A DNA stretch of 64,000 nt from Callorhinchus milii (lineage: Eukaryota): positions 30,878,001-30,942,000 of the forward strand of contig NW_024704742.1 in NCBI RefSeq assembly GCF_018977255.1, in the 5' to 3' direction. The notes beneath the pieces are model-generated. The model was not told the origin of the DNA. It did not search any database and saw nothing but the letters and a program-made list of their open reading frames with translations. A program made the translations under genes and the position numbers. Positions 25,221 to 37,614 of this stretch are shown in pieces; the stretch's first letter is position 1; each line of letters opens with the position of its first letter.

Positions 25221-28200
25221 TGCACCACACAAGCAGGTTTCTCTTTAACCACATGAAGCGTAAGATTTTTAAGGTGTCATCAAAAAGGCTTAGTTTGTAA
25301 CTTTTTAAAATGTAAAACCTTTTCTCTCGGTCTCAGAGCAAACTTTCTGACTGGCAATGCCTCTCCCAAAGCTGTCACCTCCACTGACCACTAATGTTTT
25401 GTCAATAGGAGGCGGAATTCAAATGGGACAAAATATATATTCTATATACAGGAGTCAACTGTACTGTATCACCGTAACCCCCACCTACGCAGCTTTTAAA
25501 TCAGCTGTTACACATGAAATTCCACCTGCCTTTTTGTTTTTAGGATGGGTAAGAAACTGCTGTTCTCAGCAGATGTGAGTCACACAAGGTCCTGACATTC
25601 ACTTCATGGCATGGAAAGAGACTCAACTGGCTTGTGTCAGAAGCAGCTGTGTGTGTGTCATTTCTGCTGGTTCCTGACCACAGCTCTCACCGAAGTCCAG
25701 GTGCCTTTTGATAACAATACTCCCTATCCCTGGACACCACTATATACGCTACTTTGGGAGCCTCTCTTTGCTCTGACAGCTGCCCTGTTCTCAATAGCAG
25801 GCACTTTTTTAGAGTGGGAAGATGGTAGCTATCCAAAGCAGGGAACAAATCACAAATTTCTCCTAACATTGTTTACAGGGTATTGTTTTAATAATCTTTT
25901 CACTTTTTCTGTTTGTAATGAAGAGGGTGTAGCTTTATATTGAACGATACTCTTTCCTTTCCTCCTCAAGAAAATAATAATAATCATTGTATTGATGTTA
26001 TAAATTATATGATATAAAAATATTTGCTTCTTCAATGTTGTCTCCTTTAGCTTGTATACTGAACTGCACTTTGTAAACCAATGGACATAAGCTTATAACA
26101 GAGACCAAGTACAGTAGGACCAAGAATAATAGTCCTATTAAGTACCTCAAAATGATTAAATGATTCCTTCCCTTCACCCCACCGAAAGGTTGGTGACATG
26201 GAGATACGTTCTTAACTATTGAGGTAAGTGTGCCGAACATTGGGCGGTTAAAATATTTCAGTGAACAACAGAATTGATTTGTGCTCTGAGATGCTGTCCG
26301 GCGTGGAAGGCGCTATATAAATCCAAGTTATTATTGTTGTTTGTGACATGCTACACCTGTCCGGGTGGATCTTGAAGGTCCCAATTGGCTGCCGCGTTTC
26401 GCTCACAAATTATACAGTCAATTCACTTTACAATATAGTCTGTGAAGCGCTTTGAGACATCTCGAAGAGGTGATAAGGCGCTATATCAAATGCAAGGATT
26501 ATTATTATCCCGTGACACTATTTGAAAAGAGAAAGGTGCTTCCTCTGGTGTATCAGTCGGCAATCCTCCACATAAATTGGACATTCTCCTCCTGACAATT
26601 TGTGAGGCATTGATGTGTGCCTACAAAATTCAGTCAGTTGTACGCTTAACAATAATCATCATAAAGTGCCTCGAGATGTTTCAATGTTCTAGGTGCTAGG
26701 TGNAAAAAACAGTAGTTTTTTATTATGATGCCGTTATCAATAATGATGATTCTTCCATTTGATATAGCATCTTTTCATGTCAATATGTCTCACAGCTCTT
26801 CATTGAATATATTATAAAGTGGTATGACAAATGTAGATAAGGCTCATTGAAGTGGGCAATCAGATGTATTTATGTGGAGATTTTCATATTCCGACCCTTT
26901 CAATCAGAATTGAACTTCAGATGTTCACTGTGTAAAAAATGTATTTNCCCCTTCCAAAAAAGAAACCCCCTCAAACTGCTCCACTGATTTCAGACTATCT
27001 TTATTTGTGACACTAAATGGTCTCTATTCCATCGGCAAAGTGTTTTGGATCTCACACTGTGTAATGTTTGTATTGACAAATGGGCCGGATCCACGTGTGC
27101 AGATGTCTATTAAGGCGTTTACAGCCATTCTCACACCATGAATTGATTGTTCAGGTCTTGTATCTTCTTTCTGATTTTGTACTTCAAGTAATCTGCATTT
27201 GGGAGTTTTGGGAATGAACACGTCATGGCAAATTCAGACCTGCCAGGATCTCAGATTCAGCATTCATCACTAAGGATTTCTGAAATGATGACAATACTGT
27301 AAAATCAACAGAAATGGTCATGTCTCTGGCATATTGGGCAGGTTACAAATGTATAAGTCACTTGTTAAAGGTGCATCAGTGAAAGGTGAAGTTAAACCCT
27401 TGTACTATAATAATGATTGCATTTGATATGGCACCAAAAGCATTGAAACATCTCAAATGATTTAACAGGTAATTGATGTTGAGTGTAGTGACTGTATATG
27501 TAAGCAAATGTGGCAGCCATTTTCACACAGCAGGGTCCCTCATAGGTGAATGAGTAATTTAATGGAAAAATGGTTGGTGAGGATTGGGTTCATAGAGTGA
27601 TACAGCACAGAAAGAGACCATTTGACTCAACTAGTCCATGCTGGTGTTTATACTCCACACAAGCCCACGATTCTGCTATCCCCTCACTTATATCCTCATC
27701 TCTCGCAAATCTAAGTAATTCATATTTAATGCTTAAGAATTCTCTACTTTAGACGCAATTAGCCATCATTGCTACTTATTTGTTCTCAAGGCTCGACTGT
27801 TGTAAATTGCGCAGGAGTGCATATTACTCTTAGTACAGGATTTAGCTCATCCAATAAAGGCCAGAGAAGCCTCATAAAAAGAGCAGCATTTCAGCCACTT
27901 CAGTAACTAATGATTCTGGTGCGTCCATGGGTCTCTGCAGGTGATACCTGCAGCAACTGGGAGAAATTGTCTTGTGTGCAATTATCACATTAACATTTTT
28001 TCCGCTCAGTTGCCGAGACCAAAGCAAACTGTACTGGGCACTTTTGGTTTCTGGTTAAACAAGGTCACTGTAGCCAAGAGAATACCTGGAAGAGGAGGAG
28101 CTGACAATTATTTCCTTATACTTGTTACTTTCCCATCAACTTTTGTCTATTGCTTATCCATTTTCCTGGCCCTGTTTTGTGACCGCGGACTAAAACATTA

Positions 28201-30897
28201 TGCATAAGAATTTTTGTTTTTAAATGGTACGTCAGGTAGTCAGGTAGTCATTACTTTCCAGAGACTACTATTTTAGTCACTTCAGTAACTCATAGTTCTA
28301 CATGCCTAGACGTGCACTGAGCGCTCAGACTTGTATTGTAGTTTTGCTTGTTTGCGGTCACGCCTGCTCTCTGTTCTGCATGGTCTCACTTGACAGAGTC
28401 AGCGAGAGCTTGACTCAGGCCAGAGTCTGCATTTCTTTGCAGGCACACTGAGGAGAGGACTGGGTTTGACCAGCGAAGGACAGAATCGGCAATTTTGCAG
28501 AACCAAAAATAGAGTGGAAGTAGAAGAGCAATTAAGACGTGTGAGAAAGATTTGAAGATGGTTTATCACAATTTTATTATTTTTGGGGGGTGGGGTAAAA
28601 CTGTGTTTTCAAGAGAATAAAATCAAGCTACGAGAAAAATATTTCAGATATGATCATCCTAAAATACTGAATTGAGGAAAATGGGAGATTTCAAGAGACT
28701 AAGGACCGTATATCAATCAAAATGAAGATTTTGTTTGCAAGTATGAAGCAGAATAGATGGTTCATGTGACAGATATTATAGAACAATGTGGCTGGAGAGA
28801 AGACTTTTAAGGAAACCATCTTAGACTTGCTGGATCTGTTCACAAGTCGCTGGTAAAGTACACACCATTTGATTTTTGCCAGCTACTTCTCCAGCGAGAT
28901 GTCCTTTGATTACACAAGCATAACTGCTATCGGATCCTAAAAGCAGCATAAGTGATTCTGCTACAATTGTATGTGTGTGTGTGTGTGAAATGATGTTGTA
29001 TGGGTGGTTGTGAATCTGAATCTGCTGCCGATCATTAAAGTTTTCCTGAAAGCTGCACTTTCTCTGTACATGTCTAAACTCCAGGAAGGTCTGGCTCACA
29101 GATGCTCCCTGTTCCTGGCTGCAGTAGTTGTGAAATGGACTACTAGAAAACCCAACTGAAATCCTGAAATTTCCACCAATGTGATGATATGTTGTTGCTG
29201 AAAACTTTATCCATGTACGGTGGGGTGGGACAGGGAGAGGGTGAGAGAAAGAAGAAGAGAGAGAGAAGCAGATTAAGCAGAGGAAGGAAATAATGGTGGG
29301 GAAAGAGAATCTGGGAATCCATGAATAAGCGCTGGCAGAGGCAGTGGACCATTCTCTGTAGTTAAGGTGGGAACAAGCATAGGATTTGGTTGTTCAATCC
29401 TCAGAGCAATAGAAGCTGGTTACTGTTTTGAAATTTATGGCCGAAGTTGTGCGAAGTTGATCAAATCTTGCGTTGGTCTCAGAGCAAATGTGAATCTTAA
29501 ATTTCTCCTTCCAGAATACTCTAAAACAACTCATGGCGCTTTTCATGCAGGACAGTGTCTCGGAGCGCTGCAACCTACCATACCGACCTCCCATCACAGA
29601 TTCAAGCTTTTTTTAAAAAATGGGTTCAACAACATAGTCTCAACTACACTTCCTGGTAACTTGTTCCACTTATTAATTGCAGAAACACTTCCTGGTGCTT
29701 GCCCTGAAATTGTCCTTTGCAGTCCTGCACCTTTTCCCTCTTATCTATTGTCTTTGTGCATCTGGAGGTAAAATATGATTGAGGGACCTTGTATTGTGCA
29801 TCAGGAATATTGATGAACACAAGAAACCAAAAAATCTTCTTTGAGATTACTAAAAAATTGGGATAGGCCATGAAGGGTAGTAAGATGCTTTTAAAAAATA
29901 AACAGATGATGTGAATGAAAAGGGAAGATTATTAAACTGATAATACACGGCAGTGCCTTGTAGCCAAAGATTTGCTGCTGAGTCAGCGATTCATGTCAAC
30001 TTGGGGGTAAGTAAAGCAGATACAGGAAACTCCTGATATCAAGACCCTGGCTTAAGTTGTCACTACCATTTAAGTAGCCATGTTCTCAATACCCTGACCG
30101 CATCCCTTGCAAAATGTAAATTAAGGACTCTGCTTTACTTGTCACTCTGCTTAATACGTAACATGTCATATTCTAGAAATTATTTTGAGTACTTATAATG
30201 TAAAATTGATTGTCCTATAAGATGGCATCATACATTGCAGAGGACTCCCATCCCATCCCCCACCCCCATCCAGTGACTGGTGTGGGCGTTAGGAGGAGGT
30301 CAGGTGCACATGCATCGCAGAGGTCTCTGGTCTATTGAAGGGTCGCACCATGGCCTCCAGACCCGAACCAATGCACCTCTGCTCAATCTGAACCAAACGC
30401 CCGCACCAGTCACTGCGCCCCCTTGTGGCCTAGGAGAACCTATGCCTAATTTGCCACTCCAGATAACTCGTCGTCAAGCTCTATTTCCATGGAGTTGTGA
30501 AAACTGAACAAAAGGAAATTCAAGTTAGTTTGGGTTTTTAGCAGTTTGTTGGATTTGACCAGTGGTGGCTTGATTGAATATTTTCTTGATTTATGCCATC
30601 AATCAAGAAACATTCAATTAAGAAGAAACTGAAAACACACTAATGATCAAACACAAACTTACCTAGACTCGTACGAATGTTCAGGGTGGGGGGAGGGGCG
30701 CTTCTTGGGCCACAGATTGGCCACTGCTGGATTAGACCTATACCAAGTAACAAGCTTGTGAGGCAGGTTCCATGATTGTCACTTGCGCTTTTTTTCTGTC
30801 TAAGTTCCACAGAAATATTGTTCCCTTCGGGATAATTTTTATTCTTTGCTTTATGTTAAAGATAAGTTCCTAAAAGTGTAGCATTTCAAAGTACTTG

Positions 30898-31300
30898 GTA
30901 TCAGCCTGGCTCAATTGATAACACTCTGGCTTCTGAGTCAAAGTTTTGTAGGTTCAAGCCCCATGTCGGTATTTTGAGCTCATAGTCTAGTGCAGTGCTG
31001 GGGGAGTGCTGTATTGTCAGAGGTGCCATCCTTTGGATGGGACCTTAAGGCGAGTTTCCGTCTCCCAGTTTAGGCTGACGTTAAAAATCACAAGGCACTA
31101 TCCAAAACATTTCTTCCGGTGTTTTGGTCAACATTCCCCAGATAAAATTGGTCACTCATTCCATAGCTGTTTGTACGACATTGCTGCTGCATTCGGTTAC
31201 AAAATACACAGTCACTGCACTTCATAGTACATCCTGTGAGGTGCTTTGAGATGTTTGGTTGATTTGATATGGCGATGAATCAAATGCAAGGATTTTTATT
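30898..31300 (+). mobile_element. Deu-domain SINE
   Basis: Same head and core: agtgcagtgctggggagtgctgtattgtcagaggtgccatcctttggatg. Further copies at ~33838-34175(+), ~38270-38500(-), ~42430-42822(-) and ~18075-18275(-). Confidence 0.8.
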
Positions 31301-31977
31301 AACCAGTCATTCTGCAAGGCATCTTGCCATGATAATTTCAGAGAATATGTTGCATTTCTTGGCAGAGATTTTTTCCCCTATTTCTGTGACCATTTGGAAA
31401 TCCCCTGAAGTAAAAAACAAGGCTGAACATTTCTGGTCCAAAAGGCAAGTTTCATCAAAGAAAACTGGAAGCATCAATTCCACAAAATGAAAAGGAAGTG
31501 CATTTTTCTTTGACTTTTAAAAAAATAACTACTTAAAATTTCAATGATTACACTAGAGAAATTATAATAATAATAATCCTTACATTTGACACAGCGCCTT
31601 ATCATACCATCAAGACGTCTCAAAGCGCTTCATAGGATTTACTGAAAAGTGGAGTGACTGTATTTTTTGGGCAAAATACTTTAAATTAATTAAACTTGCC
31701 AAACCTTGTTTAATACCTACTGCTCCACGTTTCACTCAAGATTTGGCACCACTGTGTGATAACAGTTTGATATGGTGAGATAAGATTCAGGTAGTCAATG
31801 CATTTGGGGTTTCTTAGTTGGGAACCAATTTTTGTGTTGATGTTTGTGTTACTTTTTGATTATGACATCAGCAATTTTTTCTCTTTCCCAGTTTCTGTTT
31901 GACTATTTTGGTCTCATTTCTCTCTTTCTGATTTCTTCCCTTACAACCGTCTTCTTTAAGCAACCTTAAAGAACCTT

Positions 31978-32292
31978 GGAGTCCTGTAGCTCAGTGGTTA
32001 GAGCACTTGCTTTGCAAGCAAGAGACCTGGGTTTGATTCCCGGCAGGGTGAAACCTTGGGCAAGCTTCCTTACTCCACACGCCTGATAATAATCCCTCAA
32101 AAAAACAATAACAAATTGGTCGTTTCAATCCACGACTGTTTGTGGGACACTGCTGTGTGCAATTGGCTGCTGCATTTCACCCACAAATATACAGTCAATT
32201 CACTTTACAGTCTATTCTGTGAAGCGCTTTGAGACGTCCAGAAGACGTGAAAAGCGCTATATCAAATGCAAGGATTATTATTTTTTTATTAT
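31978..32292 (+). mobile_element. Full-length tRNA-headed SINE (family A; tRNA-Ala-like head, L2-type tail)
   Basis: ggagtcctgtagctcagtggttagagc (A box), an anticodon-like loop tttgcaa and ggtttgattcc (B box-like). Tail: tgtgaagcgctttgagacgtcc..gtgaaaagcgctatatcaaatgcaagg(att)n. Confidence 0.92.
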
Positions 32293-33086
32293 AACCTGAT
32301 AGTTCCCCTGATAGTTCCCATGACACGTGCTTTACGATGCCTCACCAACAAGAGGTTCCTGTTCATTCCTGACATCTTTAGAAGACTTCACTTGATTAGA
32401 TGGTTTAAATAGTCATGCACTCGCACCTTATATGACACTACTGTTGCATCTTGGAGTGTTACATTTGGCAAATTCTTAACCACAGCCTTAATTTTGAAGC
32501 TGTTTTTCCATAAGCTCTTATGAGTACTGCAGAAAAACGACTTCAAAGTTAAGGCTGGATTTAACAACTTGCCATCGCCTTGACATACTAAAATGCTACG
32601 TTGACAGAGCAAATCTAGCCCCAACTGGATTTTCTCCCCGTACATGTCCTACAGAGGGAAGATATTGGGTCTCTCCCTGTTCCTCTTTCTCTCCCTCTTC
32701 CCCCACTAATGAAGGAGCAGAAACAACAACAAGGAAATTACATTTGTAAAGCGCCTTTCACGTCGGGAGGACGTCCCGGAGACTGGAAGGTGGGAGGGAG
32801 GACAAGTGGATGGAAAGGGTTCAGACTCTTGATGTGGATTGAGGTCCAGATCAGACCGAGAGTTTCACATATGCATTGCCACCCACACACGTGGAAATTT
32901 CCTATGCCTGGAATGGAGTGCACACTCTCTCCCTGTTACGGAAAGTATCTTGGTGTTCCCAGGAGTGATGGGAAAGCTGTAGTGTCATGAAAGGTTCAGA
33001 ATGAGTGTTAACCCTCAGTCTTGCCTGCATCCCAAACCACAGTACAGGCTATAACTGCTTTATGAACCCAGAGATCAAGACGATGC

Positions 33087-33115
33087 TCAGAAACCACTCA
33101 TTGAGTGGTTTCTGA
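33087..33115. repeat. Perfect 14-bp inverted repeat with 1-nt spacer
   Basis: tcagaaaccactca-t-tgagtggtttctga. Confidence 0.95.
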
Positions 33116-36100
33116 ATGGAAAATTATGGAGTTTAGGGGCAAGCTTACCAGAATATAACAATACGGCACAGAAATAGTTGTAAATATGTATTAATGCTTC
33201 TGTTTTCTTCTTTTAAAAATCACCTTGGGTTTAAGCCTTGCATAATAATAAGCCTTGTGAATGATAATCTCTTGGGATTTTAATTTTTTTGCAGAAACAA
33301 TGGTAGTTAGGGGAAGGAAATTGGCTACAGTAACTTTTTTTAAAAAGCTTACAGGGAAGTGATCTGGGTGCCCAATTTGAGAATATTTAATACAAGTGGT
33401 TGCCCAAGATTTTGTTCTTTCAAATGTTCTGCAAAAGAGTGAGCTCAGCTATTCTATGTTGTACTGACTAGGAACTCTTGAGATCTCAGCAGAGTACTGC
33501 AAAATGGTAAAATGTGAGAGAGCGACAGTGCTTGAGGAGTTTTACTGACACAAAATAATAATCCTTTGCATTTGATATTGTGTCTCATCTCATCATTGAA
33601 AAGTCTCAAAGCCCTTACCTTGTAAAATGGATTGACTGTGTATTTTGTGGGCAAAACAAATTTCAATCAAAAAATGAATGACCAAATGCATTTTTTTTTG
33701 TGGTGCTGTAAAGTTACCTTAATTTGTAATCAGTAATAAATGGATGCCAACTGATTAGGATTTCTTTAATCCATTCAGTGCAATATTTGATAGTAAAGTT
33801 TAACTTTTTGGGTTTGTACTTGCACACCGTGTCTCCCTCAGAACTCTGGTGAAGTGCTGGGGGAGCTCTGCATTGTCCAAAGTACCAGCCTTCGTATGAG
33901 ACATTAAACCGAGGTCCCATCTGCTTGTTCAGGTGGGCATTATAGATCTCATTGGCTCTATTTGAAAAGAGGAGAGAGTTTCTCCCGGTGTCCGAACTGA
34001 CAATCCCCCCCAAATAAAATTGGTCATTCATTACATGGCTATTTATGACACATTGCTGCACGCAAATTGGCTGCCGTGTTCACCTAAATAATATACAGTC
34101 GCTACACTTTACAGTAAGTCCTATGAAGCACTTTGATACATTTTGGCAATGTGATAAGACGCTATATCAAATGAAATAGGATTTGATATATCAAAGGATT
34201 GTTGTTAAATTCAATGAGTAGTTTTCGTATATATAATAATATTTTTGATTGATATGGTGCCTTATCAAATTGTCAACACTAGGATCCCCAAGCCTTGACT
34301 TTTGCCAACCTACATTTAATATTTTCTGGTATTTAAGCGCTCTCAGACGCTACCCTGCATGGAGGGTGCTATACAAGTGCAATTTGTTGTTGTTTTTATT
34401 ATATTAAATAGGCAGCGTGGATCCCACCAGGGTGAGAGCCCAGACTCAGAAATTTCCATGTGTAGATGCAATGTATGTGTGGAACTATTAATCTGATCTG
34501 GATATTCTTGAGCACGGTGATGTGTTTCCACAGTGTCAGACACATGATTGATCAAAAATAAAACTTCAAAGTAGTTCTTTACATAACAGTTAATTTTTGC
34601 TTGGTTTCATTTCCTGTTCTGAGTGCCCTGATTCTTGTTGAGAAAACATTACTGTATATACCAAAAAATGCTGACGTCCTTACTGCAGCTTCGACTTTGA
34701 GTTATAGCGCTTCAATTATTTTTATAATAATCAATAAATGTCATACTTTGGATACTACCTTCCTTAATGAAACAAATTGGGTGGTTAAGATAGAATATCA
34801 CTCCAGCATAGTATGAAGAATGTACTCTATAGGCATTGATTCACTTTACAGTGCTCAACTGGTGTTTGGACACGTCAGGTATGATCATTTAAAATTTTGG
34901 ACAAGGATCGTTTCATTTGATCAAGTAACTGTAAAAGATTCTTTATTTGTTTTGATGTAAATTGGGCTGTTTTGCTCATATTGCTTGGCCATGCTCTTCA
35001 GCATGTAAACTGATGTGAAATAGATATTTTTACTGTTCATTCTGTTTGCTAATTTCTTGTAGGAAATCACATTAGTTGGATTTGTTTGTTGCTATAGCTG
35101 CTAGCCAGAGAAAAGTATAATTTAAGCTCGGAGCTTATCTCTGGAACCTTAGAACTTTCATAAAAAATCCTAGAATTACACAGCACGGAAGGCCATTCAG
35201 CCCATCGTGTCTTGCCGGCTCTTTGAAAAGAGGTATCCAAATCAATCCCATTCCCCCGCTCTCTCCCCAAAGCCCTGCAAACTTGTCCTCCCCAAATAAT
35301 TATCTACTTCTTTCTTACAAGTTGTTATCAAATCGGCTTAGACCACCCTTTCAGGCACACTTCTTTATGGCATAAAAGAAGGCAATTCGGCACGTTGTGC
35401 CTGTGCTGGCTCTTTGAAAGAGCAGTCCTTTCAGTCCCATCTTATTTGCCATTCTCACAAACCCTGCTAATTATTCTTTTTAGATATCTTTTTAGTTCCC
35501 TATAGAAAGCGAATGTGGATCTGCTTTGACTGCCACACCCAACAGGGCATTTCACATCCTAATAACTCTGTGTAAGAAAAATTATAATTTTCTCTTTTGC
35601 TGACTATATTAAATTGATGTCCTACAGTCACTATCTCAGCGCTCCGAGATGCCAACCAGCATGAAGGGCTTTACATAAATGCAAGTTGTTATTATCTCAC
35701 TGACCAGTGAGAGAAAAAATAATCTCCCAAGTCCACTCCATCAATACCCCAACTGAGGTTTCTAATTACTGGTCCACACATGGAATGAGAGCAATTTATT
35801 GAACCAAGGCTTCTTTGGGGTTGGGTGGGTCTTTGAGTGCAATGTAGCATCTGATGTTAGTGTTCCTAAATGTTGCCTGTGCTTTAATTTGTGTGCATTC
35901 TTTGCATGTGATTCTCTTAACCAGAAAAGAAAAGTTGATCCCAATAGCGACGGCCATTGTTCTCCTACCATTATCTACATTGTGTGTTGACATGAAGTAG
36001 ATTTCTGGAAAGCTATTAACTTTGCACTGTTTCTATCTCAGTGTTTTCAAATCGCTTGTTGCCTTGATATCTATAAACTAAGTGATAACTTTTCCTGAGT

Positions 36101-37150
36101 TTCAGACAAGTGTGAAAGAGCCACTGATTGCCATTAAAAGAGAGCACTTTGTTCCCAATGCATTGCACCTGTGAGCTGAGACAGAGCACCAACAGAAAAT
36201 GTGATTCACTCAGGCGTCCCCAGAAGGACATTGATGTGCAGTGACCTTCTGGTTCAGAATGCCGACATTAGTGGCTGTATAACAATTTGGGAAATTTCCC
36301 GAGCATCTCCGTATTTGGCTCTGGAGTGCCCCCCCACCCCACGGCTCAAGGCCCTTATTTACACCAGAATCCCGAGCCCTTTCAGGAAACCAGTCCACCA
36401 CTGACTGATACCAAAACAACTGGCCCACGACTGGGCTAACGCCAGCCAGCCCAGCGCAGAGTGAAGTTAAGTCCTATTCTGGCACCAAATTCCAATATTT
36501 TCAATAACATTAAAAGCCAGTTTTGGTGTTCTGCACGTGGGCCAAGCCGTGAGCACAGGAAACTAAAATCAGTTCTGAGTCTTTGGTACAGTTCCTCGTG
36601 AACGTATTATGCAGTGGATTGCAGAGTGTCTTCAGTCCCAGCAATATATCTACGGAGGAAGAAATGGGTAGTGCCAGAGAAACCAGTATTTTAAAAATAT
36701 GTATTTTGTTGTTACATTGTTTTTGGAACAGAATTCTAGCAAGGAAAGAAGTTGAAACAAAGTGTCAGGCTCTGCTGTCTGGGTCCGATGGCTCAGACAG
36801 GCATTGTAAGAAAGAAGCGTGAGAAATATGTCTGGCTTCCTTGAACTCAAGCCACCCCTAACATCACTTCCTGCGCATTGCACCAATGTGCCATGCCTTT
36901 GCGCACTTAAACAAAAACTTCCATCAGTTTGCTAACTTCACTTGCTGTATGCTGCACGTGCATATGCTCCTGACGTCACTTCCTTCGCAAAGTGTTGTCA
37001 GCGGTGCTTCCTGTAAACACTGCACAACGTGTAGGAAATGATGTCGGCAGCGATCTGGAGACCAAAGATTGGCCACTTTTTAAGTACAGGAAGCCAGCAG
37101 GTCCATGCATCAAAGCCAGCGGCAGGCAAACAAATCCACCTTATAACAAG

Positions 37151-37614
37151 AAAGAAAAACAGAAGTCGCTGGGAACACTCAGCAGGTCAGGCAGCATTTA
37201 TGGAGAAAGGAAAGTGAGTCAACGTTTCGGGTCCACGACCCTTCGACAGAACTGGGGCATGTTGGGAGGGAGCGGCTTTTAAGGGCTAACAGAGAGGGGG
37301 GAGGCAGGACAAGGAAGACAAAGGAGAAAATGGGGGTTAAAGAGGTATTAATGATGCAGAACAAAGTGGGGGATTGCAACAAAGCGGGGGAATAGAGGTG
37401 TTAATACTGCAAAACAAAGGGGGAGAAATTGCAAAAAAAATAGGCAGAAAATCTGGCCTCTCCCTCCCAACATGCCCAGTTCTGATGAAGGGTCTTGGAC
37501 CTGAAACGTTGACTCACTTTCCTTTCTCCTTAGATGCTGCCTGACCTACTGAGTGTTCCCAGCGACTTCTGTTCTTGTTTCAGAATTCCAGCATCTGCAG
37601 TATTTTGCGTTCTG
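37151..37614. mobile_element. Penelope-like non-autonomous element with inverted terminal arms
   Basis: ~120-bp inverted arms (37151-37272 and ~37460-37580) and an exact 16-bp direct repeat tccaccttataacaag at 37135-37150 and 37615-37630. The arm sequence ctgatgaagggtc..gacc.gaaacgtt..gatgctgcctgacctgctgag matches recalled fish/shark Penelope ends. Confidence 0.85.
37478..37514 (+). ncRNA. Candidate minimal type I hammerhead ribozyme motif
   Basis: Stem I agtt/gact; core CTGATGA (37482-37488); stem II gggtc-ttg-gacct; GAAA (37503-37506); loopless palindromic stem III AC/GT; NUH triplet GTT ending at 37510. Confidence 0.6.

Noticed and set aside
26703..26947. Two N bases (26703 and 26947)
   Set aside because: Single-base ambiguities next to homopolymer runs. 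These reflect sequence quality, not biology.
31978..32050. Functional tRNA-Ala gene (also 48742, 9789 and 24590)
   Set aside because: The cloverleaf-like heads run directly into SINE bodies and tails, vary between copies, and lack a nearby oligo-T terminator. They are SINE heads.
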